DNA of 64,000 nucleotides from Felis catus (Eukaryota). A program made the position numbers and the translations under genes. Positions 1 to 14,890 of this stretch are shown one piece after another (position 1 is the stretch's first letter; every line of letters begins with the position of its first letter). The stretch lies in assembly GCF_018350175.1 (NCBI RefSeq), contig NC_058368.1, positions 45,758,001 through 45,822,000 of the forward strand, given 5' to 3'. Below the pieces are notes generated by a model. The model saw only the letters and a program-made list of their open reading frames with translations. It was not told the origin of the DNA and made no database searches.

Positions 1-78
1 AGGCTGTTGAAATTTCCTGAAGAAAATTCATAGTTTCTTAGAAATTTGCCAAGACTTTTTCAGTTTCAAAATTGGAAT

Positions 79-330
79 TAGATGTCCTTTCTGTGGATTC
101 CCATAACACTGTACTTCTTTTATCAGAACATTTTCAACATCTCACTAAATATAAGTTCTATGAGTATAGGGACTATGAGGTATAGACAGACAGATGTATA
201 CATTCCTAACAGTCTCATATATACACACATTTAGACAGATATACATAGGTTTGTGTTTGTATATGCCTAGAACAAGACATGGCACATAGTGTGTGTTCAA
301 TACAAGAAATTCTTTAATTTGCTGAAATGG
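79..330 (+). mobile_element. L2 LINE 3' end remnant
   Basis: tgcctagaacaagacatggcacatagtgtgtgttcaatac (264-303) resembles the L2 3' terminus (cctggcacatagtaggtgctcaataaat). Boundaries approximate. Confidence 0.55.
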
Positions 331-689
331 TAGATGAAAACTCAGTTATTTTGGCTGTGAGAAGAAAAATTCATTAATCAGTACATAAACTGGAAAAAAA
401 TAAGACTATGGACGAGAATTTCCTTTTGGTTTAGATCTTTTGAGTCCTTTTGCCTGATAAAGATGGCTGGAGATACTCCCTCCTCATGTTTCCACTGTCT
501 CCAATAATTTAGACATTGGAGCAAATCATAGATAATGTAAATTAAGACACATAGGAACCTCAAAATGGAAATCACAGAACGAGTATTTTTAAAGAAACAT
601 GGAATTTTTAAGGCAAATGAAATCTGAAGGTTTTTTTAGTTTATCCTCCAAACAATATATTACAGTCGTTCATTATATAAACACTGTAG

Positions 690-1935
690 CATCACAACTG
701 ACACCACAGAAATACAAAGGATTACAAGAGATTATCAAAAATGGATAAATTCCTATAAACAATCTTCCAAAACTGAATCAGGAAGGAAAGCAACATTTGA
801 ACAGACTAATTCCTAACAATGAAATTGAATCAATAATCAAAAAACTCCCAGCAAACAGAAGCCTAGGACCAGACAGCTCGTCAGGTGAATTCTACCCAAC
901 CTTTAAAGAACAGTTATTAATACCTCTTCTTCTGGAAGTATTCCAAAATGGAAGAGGAAGATTCCAAACCCATTCCACAAGGCCAGCATTACCCTGACCA
1001 CAACCAGATAAAGACACTACAAGAAAGGAAGGAGGGAAGGGGGTGGGGAGGAGAAAGAAAATTATAGGTCTGTAGCTCTGATCAACACAGATGCAAAAAA
1101 TCCTCAAAATATTAGCAAACCAAATCAATAATGCATTTAAACCACCATTCACCATGACCAAGTGGGATTTACTCCTCAGTTGCAAGGGTGGTTCAGTATT
1201 CACAAACTGATCAACAGGATATATCACATCAACAAGAGAAAGGATAAAAACCATATGATCATCTTAATAGATGCAGAAAAAGCATTTAACAAAGCACAAC
1301 ATCCCATTCATGATAAAAACTCTCAACAAGGTATGTTTTGAGGAAACATGCCTCCACATGATAAAGGCCATTAAAACCCCACAGCGGACATCATACTCAA
1401 TGGTGAAAAACTGGGAGCTTCTCCCCTAAGTCAGGAACAAGATAAGGATGTCGACTCTCAGAATTTTTATTCAACACAGTCCTGAAAGTCCTAGCCACAG
1501 CCATCAGACAAGAAATAAAGGCATCCAAATTACTAAGAAATGAAACTATCACTATTTGCAGATAACATGCTACTACATATAGAAAACCATAAAAGCTCCA
1601 CACAATGAACACTAGAAGTAATAAATGAATTCAGTAAAATTGCAGGACAAAATTAATATACAGAAATCTGCTGTGTTATTTAACATGAAGTATAAGAAAG
1701 CAATCCCATTTACAATTGCACCAAAAATAATACTTAGGAATACATTCTACTCTGAAAACTATAAAACACTGATGAAAGAACCTGAAGGTAACACAAATGG
1801 AAAGACATTTCATGCTTATAGTTTGGAAGAACCAATATTGTTAAAATGTCCATACCACCCAAAACAATATACAGACTTAACACAATACAATCCCTATCAA
1901 AATACCAACAATTTTTTTCACCAAGAAAAAACAAA
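690..1935 (+). mobile_element. Degenerate L1 ORF2 fragment (region before and within the RT domain), truncated at both ends
   Basis: ORF-track peptides NRLIPNNEIESIIKKLPANRSLGPD..GEFYPTFKE and KINIQKS..IPFTIAPK are typical of L1 ORF2. A decayed FADD motif (tttgcagataac) lies near 1555. Many frameshifts; no TSD found. Confidence 0.93.
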
Positions 1936-2295
1936 AAGATACCTGCTACAAATGGATGCCTGTTTTCTATTTGAATATTTTTATTACTACACATAATCAT
2001 TCTCTGGAAAGTCATGTATTTCTAATTTTTAATATTTAGAAAATGATTTCATTTTGAACTTAATTATATTCCAAACAATTTTATACATAAGTTTCTTTTC
2101 TACTATTTGAAGAAACCTAAGTATTTAAATTGATCTTCACGGCAACACTTCCCATATTTGATCACAGCCAGCATGGTCAACCAGTTTTCTCAAGACCTTA
2201 GCTTTTTCAATCACTCTGTAGAACATGTTTTTAGACCCCTTCAGCACCATTACATTATATATCCTAAGCAAGAGTCCTATTTCTTTCCTATTGTT

Positions 2296-2506
2296 TTTCT
2301 TTGTAATTTTTAAGTTTATTTATTGGAGAGAAAGAGCGCAAGCGGGGTAAGGACAGAAAGAGAGAGGAGAGAGAGAGGATCCCAAGCAAGCTCTGCACTG
2401 TCAGCACAGAGTCCAACGCAGGGCTTGAACACACAAACCATCAGATCATGACCCGAGCCGAAATCAAGAGTCAGATGCCTAACCAACTGAGCCACCTAGG
2501 TGCCCC
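2296..2506 (-). mobile_element. Can-SINE (SINEC_Fc-like)
   Basis: Ends in gagccacctaggtgcccc (reverse complement of the SINE head), with a GA tract and T-rich tail. TSD tttcctattgtt at 2284-2295 and 2509-2520. Confidence 0.95.
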
Positions 2507-3479
2507 TTTTTCCTATTGTTAATCTCAATATACTTAAATATATAATTACTGTTGAATTTTCGATACTTCCATTACTAGTAGCATAAGATATTATGAAGAT
2601 TATAGTATCCTCCTGAATTCACAAGCATTCTAGGCTCTCCCTTCCATCTTTAGAATATATATTTTCAAAAATCAAATATTATTATATGAGAGAGCACTCC
2701 AATATTTAATAAGACTTCATATGGTGTAGGTTCTTTGCTTCAAAAATCCCATTTCTCAGTATTAGCCTTCACATAAGTGAGGTTTTCTCATTTGAGCACT
2801 GTTTGAGGTAGTCCATTTGCATTAAGAGCCACATCATATCCAAACAAATCAACCAACCAACCCAACCTAAAATTACAAACCCAACAACAGCAGTCCTCAG
2901 CGGGATCTCCCTCAGTATGGGGAATAATACAGAATCTGAAATGCTGAGAGGGAAAAACACCTCTATTATTTTAGTTTCATTAGAAGACATTTGCTCATGA
3001 AAATTGCTTTTTCTTGCATGTTCTGTTTTGCCTGGTTTATATGACTCTTGCTCAACAGATACAGCTGAATGTTTTAGGTCAAATATACCCTATACGTGAA
3101 AACATCATCGCCTCCCCCTTTTGATAAATAACTTGAAATGCAAAAAATAAACTCTCAGTCACCATGGCTAGACAGGCATTAATCAACCAACTGAAACTGG
3201 CATGTGAACTTCTAGAATGGGAGGGATTCAGACTCATGTGCCATTTGTGATTCAGTATGTATGTACACAAAAGCAATTTCAATATAGGAAGAAATAAGTA
3301 AATCCAGGAAAACCGAATGAATCAGTGAGTGAAGACCACAGGTTTGAAAATTAAACACCTGGGAGGAATAATGGCTGTTATTTATTACTGTCCTTCAACT
3401 TGGTAGACTCTTTACACACACATTCCTTAAATCATTTTTAAAAAGAAAAAATTGACAAGTTATAGATTAGTATCTCTAC

Positions 3480-3600
3480 TTTTCATGAGGAAATTCTGGT
3501 TTAGGAGACTCACATAACCATGAAGTAGTTTAGCAACATTTGAAACCAATGAGACTCTAAAATCTGAGTTGTCTATATTCCAGTATTTTGCTCCTCTGAG
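3480..3600 (-). mobile_element. MIR remnant
   Basis: ctacttttcatgaggaaattctggtttaggaga resembles the MIR core in reverse orientation (ttttacagatgaggaaactgaggc). Confidence 0.4.
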
Positions 3601-4741
3601 GGGTGGGGGTGGGGACAGTGAAGAGCACATTTTGGAATTTGTTTCACAAAAAGCACTGCAACTGGGTATTTTAGAATTTGATTGGGAATATTTTAACATT
3701 TGCAAATCGTTATGTTTTAGTGAACAGTTCCTTATAGAGGACATCTGCAGGGCTGAAGCCTGTCATTGTTATTACATATTTATACATAGATAGCAGATAT
3801 GTCATCATTTCCAGTATTTTCCATGGATTCACATTCATGAATAAGCTCTAGTCATATATGATATGCATCTGTAAAAAAAAAATTAAACATGTCTTAAGCA
3901 AAATATGTTTTCTTCCATTACCATATATTAGTGCTAAGCACCATTCTATCAACTTCTAGCAACACCTAGGAGGCCGAAGGAATAGCTTAATAAAAAAATT
4001 TCTAATTTACTTGAGTTAATATCCATGTTCTTGCCTTGGATTCTGGCCACGATACAGCCATGAGCATTTTTTAGCTTTTTCCTTACATCGTTTAATAATA
4101 CCTCTTGCCGTCCATTATATTAGGTTTTACCTGGATTTTCTTTCTCCATTTGATATTAATCTCATTGTATAGACTTCATGGCCTTGTCAGCAAGACCCAT
4201 GCCTTTTTGTTCTGCCTGTATGTATGTGCATGTGTGTATTTATACATACACGCATACGTGTGTGTATAAAACAAAAAGATGAATCTCCTAATACCTTCTA
4301 GGTTTTCTTAGATACTATTCCTTCTTCTAAAGGTAATAGCTTCAGCATAAATGGTGAGAACATGACACCTGAATTAATTACACAAAATTTCATAATCATT
4401 GGAGATAAACCCCAAGTGTCTTATTACATGTGAAGAAACCAAGGAACTTTACACGAATGCATCCACTTCTTGTAGCACTGTTACGATTCTGTCCTAGAAA
4501 TACAGAAACTGGGATACATTCTATTTTGGGTGATTCCCATCCAAAATATTGAAGTGAAAACTACATACCAACATATTTTAATTTCACAAATTTGGAAAGG
4601 TATATTACTATGTCAATATAGGACCCACAGTTTGTTGGAGGCCCAAGCAATTGAAAGTTACTGATGGTAAAATTTCATAACTTTACAGTGAGTCAGCCTT
4701 GCAGTGTATTAAAGCTTTCTATTAACAATGTGATATTATGA

Positions 4742-4945
4742 CGTAGTGGGAAATATATGGGATATCAAGTCAGATATATTTGAATACAAATTGTAGTCCC
4801 TATATAATTGCAAACTGAAGTTCTAACTCTCAAATCTTGTCCCCTTCCATTATAAAATGGGTACAGTAATACCTATATAATAGGATCTTTGAAAGTTAAA
4901 ATATATTTAAATATATTTAAATCTCATAACTCACAATAGTTATCA
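4742..4945 (+). mobile_element. MIR remnant
   Basis: ccattataaaatgggtacagtaatacctat matches the MIR core ctcatctgtaaaatggggataataatacct. Confidence 0.6.
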
Positions 4946-7173
4946 AATGTAGATTTTCTTTCACCTTCAACTCTTGCCACTTCAACAGAATTTTCTATTA
5001 TAAGTAAAAGGAAACTATCTCTGACAAAATGTCTACAGAAATGTGGAGATTTTCTCAACATGAAAGATTATAGTTCAATATTAAAGACATCCTATTATAT
5101 CCTATTCCCCTGAGCTCTTAACTCAAATGAAGCACTGAGGACTAATTAACATGATTGTTTTTTCACATATTTTGGGGTTTTTTTCTTCGTTTTTCTGAAT
5201 ATTTCACAAAGGTAAATATGTTGCTCACACACTATAGGCCTCTTTGTTATTTATCTCGCATCTGTTTCAAAGTGAATATAAACAAGGTATTCTCTTTGAA
5301 GTTGGTAGAAAAACTCAGTGACTATACAGATCCTATGAGTATAAAACAAGAGAAAGAGGTTTTTGATTGTTGGAAAAGTTGATAAGAATGTAGGCAACCA
5401 AAATTGAAAGGATGGTCGAGTTTTATACCCCTAAGCAAAAGTACTGAAAAAATATTTCCCTTTACACACAGTAACCCTAGGGATATGGTAAAAGAGATTA
5501 ACTATATATAGTCTTCGTTCTGATTTACAGCTTCTATTTCCTTAATTGCTATTTTAGTTTGATGTTGAGTTTTTTCAATTTTCAAATGCAGAAACATATG
5601 TTGAGTTCTTTCGTGGGCATAAAAATGTGCCCACTTGCTTGTCAGTTTATCACTTTTTAGAGGAATTAAAATTGATACTAACACATGATGATCTTAATGT
5701 TTCTAAAATGACATTTTTGTAATGTGAGTGTAAATATATTTTAGATTTTGATACAGTAGAAAATTCTATTTAGACACTCAAGGTTCAAAATGAGTATCAA
5801 TTTTCCTACCTGCATTTGGAAATTTTTATCAGTGACACTTAAACTTGTCAACACTTAAATTGAAAAATATCCACAGGAATTTATCAATATTAAGCAAATT
5901 ACTTTTTAAATTAATTGTATATTCATGATGCAGAGCAGAGGTCAAGGCACAAAAGTATGAACATTAAGCTAAATAGCATAATCAAGAATAATTTTAAAAC
6001 AGTTTAATGCTTTAGTCATTAAATTTAATATTCATACCAACACTATTAAGAAATTAGTGAGGGCTATATTAACTTGGAGGAGAAAAAGCACCAATTTAAA
6101 ATCTTTCATTTTCTGCTGGAAACATGTCTGTTTGCATAGTTTCTATTTGTAATTTTTGAAAAAGCTTCTAGTAGTTGCCAATGCAAAAAATAAATGTTAA
6201 AAAATTGGACGAAAGCCAAATCCATCAAATACTCCCTCCAAAAGATAACTTCCCAGAGTCCATCCCAGATGACAGTGCCTTGAACATCTTTAACTTTTCC
6301 ATCAGAACCATTTAGCATTACTATGCTTCTGCGCAGCTGGAACATCACTACCATTGTCAGAACCAGGCAAACAAATTTATGATGATGTTCCTGGGAATAT
6401 GGAACTAATGCAGAGGGGATTTCTCTGTAGTTCTTCATTAACATTTTATTCATTACAACAAGGGAGTTTTAAGAGTTTCCTTTTAAGCAAATTAGGTCAC
6501 TGGATAAAAAACACACAGCATGGAAACACAGTGTATTACTACATAGAACAAAAGATCTGGTTAATAAATTATGATAATGGGATTAGTCATTTGCTAATGT
6601 TGAAAGGCACATTTAAATATTTTGGAACTTATAAAGAGAAAAAATTTTTCATGCATTTATATTTTCCTTGTCTATATTTGGGGGTGGCACATTTTTCCAA
6701 GGTATATGCATAACTCTTTAGCTACTTCAAATCATTTAAGATGAGAAAAATAAGTAGGCAGAAATTATGGGTTTTAATCCTTAACTAAAAATAAACAAAA
6801 GATTGGAGAAAGCAAAATAAGTAGATTAAGAAATAGAATCTAGGAGACAGTCTTCATCATGAGAAGAATTTTTCTTTTTCACATGATCATTAAAAAAATC
6901 CACCGAAGAGGTTTCTCCCCCAAAACAAACATGTCCGTTCTCTGTGAATCTCCCCTGATCCAGATATAGTTCTACTTTCCAATCATTGTTGAATGTACTT
7001 CGAAAGGTTGAACATCCTAAGTGAGAGCACTGACAATTTTTTTTCCAAATTGCTTTTTAATTGTGTTCTAAAATGTTCTGCTCTCTCCAAAATGGATTCA
7101 CTATTTAACAAGTATGTTAAGAGGCTTAGGAGAAAATAGAGGAGAATGCAAGTGCTAATTCACATAAAGCACC

Positions 7174-7587
7174 ATCTTAGCTTGGGTTTCCCTAGAAGTA
7201 GACCCTGAGAGAAGAGTCAAGGAACATGGGATATATTCAGGCCTTGTTTGTAAAGAGAAAAAGAGTGAAGGAAGCAGGATAGAGCAGTGGAAGGAGCAGT
7301 ATAAGGGCAGGATATCCACATGGGAACTACAGCTCATAGCCATTCAAACTTTGAGGGAGACCCTGCTTTTTACATCGCTTTGTCCATCAGTTATTGTATA
7401 CAGGCTGCGAGTGGTGTCCAAGCTCCCTTGAGGAGTTGCTCTTGTTCAGCCTGAGAGCAAATTTGCAAAGACAGAGCCAGGTCAAGGTTGCCATTAACAG
7501 CCAACAGTCATAGCAGCTGGGGTATGGTACACTGGCCATCTGGTACACTGGGGATCAGAAGAAGACTCCAACAATGCTACAACTACC
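7174..7587 (-). mobile_element. Ancient ERVL-class solo LTR (LTR33/LTR16-like)
   Basis: Begins atcttagcttgggtttccctagaagtagaccctgag, the reverse complement of the ...ctcagggtctgcttctggggaacccaaactaagaca end of this LTR group. About 410 bp. Subfamily uncertain. Confidence 0.6.
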
Positions 7588-7675
7588 ACTGAAATATTAA
7601 CCCAAAATATCCAGTCATATTATATTTCTGAAATACTTTGTAATGCACAATTTTATGTTAGAGATAGGAACACTA

Positions 7676-7752
7676 TAGATAGATAGACCAATCAATGGAT
7701 CTATGTAGGTAGGTAGGTAGGTAGATACACAGATACATAAATACATAGATAC
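7676..7752. repeat. Degenerate (TAGA)n/(TAGG)n tetranucleotide microsatellite
   Basis: tagatagatagac...taggtaggtaggtaggtagatac... Confidence 0.75.
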
Positions 7753-8579
7753 AGTTGGGAACAGCACAGGAGCTGGTGCTAGGCACTTCCTACTGCACAG
7801 AATTCCCCTTCCAATGTCTGAAGCACTCTGGCCCTCCTTATCCACCTTTACAAATGTATGCTCTTTTGTAGAAAGAGGGTTCTTCCCGTGATCTTACATC
7901 TTACACATACATACACACACACACATAAATATATATATGTATATAATTTTACCATATTTTATATAGAAGTATGCTAGAATTCAGAAAGGTTAATTCACCA
8001 CTGAGTTTACATAACATTACATTTGAATAGGAATCCTAAGTCACTATTATTGATGTACATGTTTGGCACATGTGATATCTTATTTTTAGAAGATGAAAAA
8101 AATTGAGGCACTCTGAATTCAAATAATGTTACACAGGTAATAAGTAAAACTAAGGTTTGTATCCAATTATTGCAGAAATATTATGCTTTTTGATAATAAG
8201 TAACTTTTGTAAAACATTGTTTTAGGATTATATACACTAGAAATCACATATTTCAGAAAGAAAATTTTAAACATAAACGTTGTTAGCAAAATACTTGGAG
8301 TTATATAACAAAACGCCATTTATACAAAGAACACGATGTTAATGATACAAAGGGCACAGGGGATGGTTATATTATCCAGTCTGCAGAGGGAAGACAAATA
8401 ATGAGAAGAACATCCCTTGGTGAAGTGATGTTGGAAAAATAAGCATTTGCTAAGTGAAATTTTGGAAGGTGAAAGTATAGACATTCTTATTCCAACACAG
8501 AGAAGTTCTTCAGTGTGTTTTTAATTGACTGAATCACTAATTTTAGACAAGTAAGCAACAATCAAAACTGGGATGACAA

Positions 8580-9300
8580 ATATAAAGCATATAAAGGAAT
8601 AAAGGTGAAGCAGGAGGTTGAGCTGAGAATGCAGAGGTAGGCAAGGATCAGATCATGGTGTTTTTGTGTGAGCGTATTAAGGAGTTTCTCTGTATTTTGA
8701 GGCAATGGAGAGACAGTGAAGTTGATTCAGGAAGGGAGTATAATTTCAAGACTTTGTTTCATATAGGTCAATCTGGTGACTTGCTGAGATTAACAGAAAG
8801 GGATAATGGGACTGGATTGAAGGATGCCAGTTAAGAAGTTGCTATCACAATCCTGGTTCATGTCGGCCTGAATGAGGATGGTAGCAGTTGAGCTGGGAAT
8901 GAGTGGATACAATTGATAAACACTTGGAACCCAAATGACAAATTTTAATACAAACATAAATTTTCACTGATGGGGCCACAATATTGATTGGTTAGTCGCC
9001 TGAGACTTTGGTAAGGTGGCATTCTATACATTTGTGTATCTTGAATTAGAGGCTATATCATCAATGTGCCTCAGTAATGAATATGATGGGAGAGGCACAG
9101 AGTGGGAGGAGTCAAACATGATGACCTAGGTATAGGAGCTGCACAACTAGATGCGTAGCGGTCTACTGTTTGCATTGAATCATGTATCGAATGAAAGAAT
9201 AAAAGGATGATTTTTCCAGATTTGAAGGTCACAGATATTAAACACCTGTGAGAAATATGTATGAAAGCAAAAACATTCTGGAAAGAACTGATTTTGTAAG
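8580..9300 (-). mobile_element. L2 LINE remnant
   Basis: Purine-rich L2 antisense signature: gtaggcaaggatcagatcatgg...taaggagttt...ggcaatgggagacagtgaag...ccagttaagaagttgct. Confidence 0.65.
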
Positions 9301-12300
9301 TAAATGTAGTCTAAGTGCTAAGCAAGATTAAAATAACTTTTTAAAATATGAAGAAATGAACAATTCCTTAATGCCTGATCCTCCAGACAGAGGTGGAAAG
9401 CATACAGCCCAGTGCTATATACATCTCTCAGATACTGAACATTAGTCACAGCTCAGTCCTCCTTTACCAGACCAAGGCTTCACAATTCCTTAGACCAAGG
9501 TTTCAGGAAACTACCAGCAATCCTTTAGAATGGAAACATTGTTTGAAAATAGTTTGGCATTCCTGGGATTGCTACATCTATTTTTACGACAACAAAGGAA
9601 AACCATCCCATAAAACCAATTTTCTTGAGGAAATGTAATAATGCATACAATTTTGATTTCCATAGGCAGGGAGATTCGAATCATATCTATATCATCCATA
9701 TCTATATCTGTGTGTGTACTATACAAATACACATAAATGGAAAATTTATGTGTTGATATAAATATATAACATAGCTATATGTAATACAGATGTAATATAT
9801 ATAACATGTATGTATTATTTCAAGATACTCTAAAAATAATATATTTACTTAGAATACTCTAGTATCACTTCATAATGAAGTCACAGACACTATACAACAA
9901 ATAAGACAGATGGAAATTAGGTTGGCAACAACCCAGGAGTTATTCCATTGGGATTATACATTTTTTCAATAATTTTCTCCTCTCCTACCTCCCTCACCAT
10001 TTTCCTTGATCCAACCATTTCAAACACATGGAAGAATAGCCACTCATATAGGAAAAACCCTACAAAATCATGCAAGCATGCAAAATAGATAGCAGGGCCA
10101 CAGGCTCCACCAATTATGCCCCTCCTGCCTCTTAAATAAATTGACCTCACTTTCAGGTGAACTAACTTTTGTGAAAAAAAAATCCCTTGTACTCAGTCTA
10201 TTCTTGCCAACCAGAGCAAATAAAATTTAGAATATTACTAAGATAACAAAAGCTAACACTGCTTTCTGTAATCTCAATTTTCTACTTTCATGTAAATGTG
10301 CTTTCCATCTTAATTGTCTGGACTGACACAAAGACAAAGAACCATCCTCACAGGCCAGGGTCCTATCAGCCTTATTAGAAAATGGACTTTATTGTCGAGC
10401 ACAGAAAAGATTTGTTGAAGGGAAAGGGTGGAACAAAAGTTCCCAACACAATAAAGTCACATCCAAAAGAAGTTACTCTTATCCAGAAGAAGTTATGTCT
10501 TATCATAAACAGAATGAGCCACCTAAGAAATAGAAATACAGAAAACTTTATTTGGAGGAGCTGATCAGAGACTAAGCACATTCCCTTTACATATACGTGC
10601 CTTCTTCCCTGATTTATGCACTAATTTTTTGTCTGGTTATTTCTACAACTTTGATTGTTTTTGGTGAAAAGCTAAGTGGCCCATACTAAGTTTAAATACC
10701 TAAACTCAGATAAACTGTAATCACTTAGAGTATTTTAGAACTTTAGAAATACATTCCACTGCGAAGGCACACAAAAATTTCAAAGGTATAATAAAATGAG
10801 ATATTGTCAAAGTATTTTATACCAATAACTATGTATGATAAAAGAAAAAAATCCTCAAATTCTTGTTTTAAGCTGGATTTTTAACATTTTAAACCTTTAC
10901 ACAAATCCATTTCAATTCCACTAAACCCTAGTTACTAGAAATTTTAATATTCACTATGGACAATCAGTGATAGACTTTAAATGAAAATAAAATGAGGGAA
11001 TTCTAACAAATTTCAACCAATTCACATAAACTTATACAGCTCAACACTAGAAAAAAAAACTGATCCAATTAATTTCACTGAATCATTAAATCTGAAAGCT
11101 ATAAAACTTAGAAGATCATGACATTTGATGGAGTTACCTGTAACAGTAAAATCTGAACCAATACAGAAAGTGAAAGCCCCAGTGGGAAGGGTATAAATTC
11201 ACAATATAATTTCTAAGAATGTCCGATATCACACTAGTCAATATATGCAAAATTATGTATTTACTGATAGAAATATAATAATGAGGTAATTACTACTTTG
11301 TTTATATAAAGATTAGGAAACTAGTACACAGTAATACTGTGAAATGCCAAGTCTGGCTGGAGAGCCTAAATTCTGAAACAATACCAAGAAAAGTTGTGAG
11401 AAATAATTCTATTTATGGGCTGGAGAATCAAGGCTGTCAAAACAGGAGAAAGGTACGGAGTGCTCAGAGACAGATGGAGATACAGGAAGTCCCTTCATAT
11501 GAGTTAGAGCTTTTAAGAAGGGAATGGTCATATAAAAGAGAGGTTAACAGTCATCACTGAATCAACATATTAGTATCCTGCTATGTGAATGATAGGATTT
11601 AGATGATTTTTCTTTCAAAATTACTTTCCATAAACTAAGAACTAAGAGTTAACAGTGACCTAGTCAAAAGTGTTAACTGGTAACACCAGCCCTAAAGAAA
11701 TATTCAGGGTACTAAGTCCACGAAAGATATCTATGTTGTTGTTATACACACATACAAGGCACACTTTTCTGGTAATCAAAATGTAAACTAAAATTCATCC
11801 TATCTTCAGCAATGCCTGAGTACATCTGTATTCACTCATTCAATGGTTCTTCCAACTGCATTTTACATAATCATCAATAATAATGGATTTAAACAGCAGG
11901 GGAAATAAAAATCCTATTCAAGATCAATAGTGTAAGTAATGAGAGATGTAAAACAACATGGAGGATGTTGACCCTCAAAGCTACTTACAAGGAACTAACT
12001 CTTCTTAGCAAACTCAGTAAAACAATGTAGAAAATATATAGACACTGGTAACCCTAATGTTAACATTTCTACTATGTAAACTCAATTCCTTCATGGAAGT
12101 CTGCTGAAGCCATACACCATCTTCAATATGAAATTACAGTTTCTGCAGCTTATTGAAGCAATACGAATTTTATTATATATGTGTGCAATTATGCAGCTCA
12201 AGTTTGAGGTTTTAAAATTCACATTTAGATAAAAATGAAATAGCAGATAAAGACATTTTACTTTCTCCTCCCTTCAAATCTACTAAAATACTAAAAGGAA

Positions 12301-14129
12301 TTAAATAACACACAAATAGCCAATTGTACAAACATATTCCATAAATGCTATCAATAACATCAATAAGGTATCTAAGAATAAACTAAGAACTGTCTAAGGC
12401 TTTTATGGCAAAAACTATGCTTCTTTTAACGTCAGATAAGCAAGCAAAACTGAAAAAATGGTAAAATAAGCCCTGAATGTCGATGAGGAAATTCAAAATT
12501 ATCTTTCATTTTCATTCTTAGCTGTTCGGAAAGTTTCAATCTAGTAAGTACATAAATATACAAATAACCAAGAAGTATATTCCTTCATTATACCAAGCTA
12601 TATATACTTCATCTTTATTGTTTCAATTTGATATGATATTGCAATAACCAATATTATATAAAGAGGTATTCAATGCACCTGCTTTGTATTTCTTGGCCAT
12701 AAGAAAATGAAATTCGTTTCAGAACAAAGACCAGGAAAAAAAAAACTTATTAACTTCATGAGAAGTTAATTACGTAAGAAGTTCTGTTTTTTTTATTTCT
12801 AACTTTGAGTTATAATGCATCTCAAGACGAAAAATACGGAAACCTTGGGAATGACAAACTTGATTCTTAAATTCTACATGCTATTAGCAGGTACCAACCA
12901 TACTACCACATGTGTTCTAGACGAGAAACTTAAAAGGATAACTCTTCATAAATGAATCTATATTTCTCTTACTAATTAATAAACACCATGCTGTGAGTAA
13001 CTGGTGATAATGTACTATTAGGAAAAATCAATAAATTTCACTAAGGGTGAAAGTAATTGGTGTTGTGGAATAGAAAACGATGTATTGTGCATTGATCCTT
13101 TAGCAATCTTTTAACTAAAAAGAAGAGAAAGCTAATTACTTTAGCAGGTATCTGAAAATGATAAGATTAAAACAAGCTAATTATATGTTCTTGAATAATG
13201 ACTTACTTTGATGAAAGTAAATTGAGGAAAAGCATACTATGATTTAGGCAAAGAAATATTAGATTTTACTAATTACAACATAATCCTGATCCATTTAACT
13301 GCCCTTAACCTATTTTCAAGAAGCTTAAATAGAAACAGCAAACATTATTAAACAGAACTATATAGCACATTTCCCCAAGATAAACTGAAATTCAGAAGAC
13401 ATTTGTATATAGGAGACGAAACTAAAAACTTACCAGGTGAAATGGCCAAAAAAAGTTCGATACTTTTTTTTCTGACACCAATACTTTAAAAATAGTTTTA
13501 TTGCATAAACGTCCACTTACCTTAGACAGCATTGGAGAAATAAAACTGCACAAGTTGATCAGGAGTTGAGATCCACTTATTTAAATATCACTTCTGATTA
13601 AGTTTACAGACATTACCAAATCACTCATGTTTAGTGATCCTAACACATTTTAATTTGCATTTACTCTCATAAGAATATTTTGGAACAAATACTGAAAGCT
13701 ACATAATTTGACCCCATATTTGTTTCTGAAAGCTGTTTTCTTTCCATTATTGCTTGATTATCCATAATTTTTCTTCTATCAAAATTCAATACATGAAAAG
13801 AACAATTTAAATCTACCCCCATTTCTCTCATCTATAATATTCAGTAATAACAATACCTTAACTTTAGGGTTCATAACTGAATGACAGTCAGTATGAGTAT
13901 AGTTCCCAGCATGCAGAGGTTAAATTATACTGGTTGCTGTAATTAGTAGAAGTATTACTTTCTAAAGTTACATACCTCCTCTGGTTCTTCGGAACAGTCT
14001 GTATACTTCTCACAGAGGATGTGCAGTGAAGATGGGAGACTGTCTGCCTCCTTCACAGGCTCTCCTCTTACACCTGCATGGATCACAAGAACAGGGAATG
14101 GGCTAAGGGCAACATACAGAGTTGGGCAG

Positions 14130-14890
14130 AAAATGCATTATCAAATCAAGTGAAAGGAGAAAAACAGTCCTATGTGAAATTTCCATAGCACAACAAAGGA
14201 ATGTTGCTGAAAGAAATCAGAATAAATATAGTCCTTGAAAACTTATTCACTGATTCCAACAGATGAGAACTCACAACCTCCCTTAAAAGTAAAATTAGAA
14301 TAAATGAAAAAAAGAACCAAAATAAAAGAAAATATCAACAACAAAAGCCTCAGAAGAGAATAAATGACAATTTCAGATAAAAAAAAAAATACTGGGGGTG
14401 GGTGGGAGAGGATTAATCCTGTAAAAAAGACATATTTATAATGCCAAACTTGATAAAGTAGAAAAATATGGATACACAGTTCACACTTGAGAAATATTGA
14501 TAGAATTCAAACAACCCATGGTAAAAACAGATGTAAAAATGAGAAAGCAATAGATCTGGACAACAAAAAAGTGAAGAGACCATGCAGGTAAAGTAATATT
14601 TCTTGTGAAAAAATAAGAACAGAGACAAAAAATCCATAACATTTCTGAGATGAAAAGGGTCCCAAATGTTCAGATGAAGGGGCCCCCCAATAACTTCAGC
14701 AAAAGCAATTCCCATCTAGAAACTACTAAGGAAGTATGGGATTGTAACAGAGACCTCTACAAAGGACCAGATAAAAAATACCTAAAACATAATATAAGCA
14801 AACTTCATTTATCTATGAAAACTCACGTCTAAAAAAAAACCCACTTAAAGTTTAATGATATAAGAATAAATATCCTCAGGTGTTCTAAGA
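14130..14890 (+). mobile_element. Very old L1M/HAL1 ORF1-region remnant
   Basis: A-rich segment with ORF1-like motifs (aacatttctgagatgaaaagg...ttcagatgaaggggccc). Heavily decayed. Confidence 0.35.

Noticed and set aside
6106..6713. Overlapping 115-aa (-) and 119-aa (+) ORFs
   Set aside because: No recognisable domain and no flanking splice signals found. Lengths are compatible with chance in 64 kb x 6 frames.
13434..13639. Two consensus minus-strand donors (gtaagt) near 13433 and 13520
   Set aside because: The upstream acceptor is weak and the 119-nt segment has stops in all frames.
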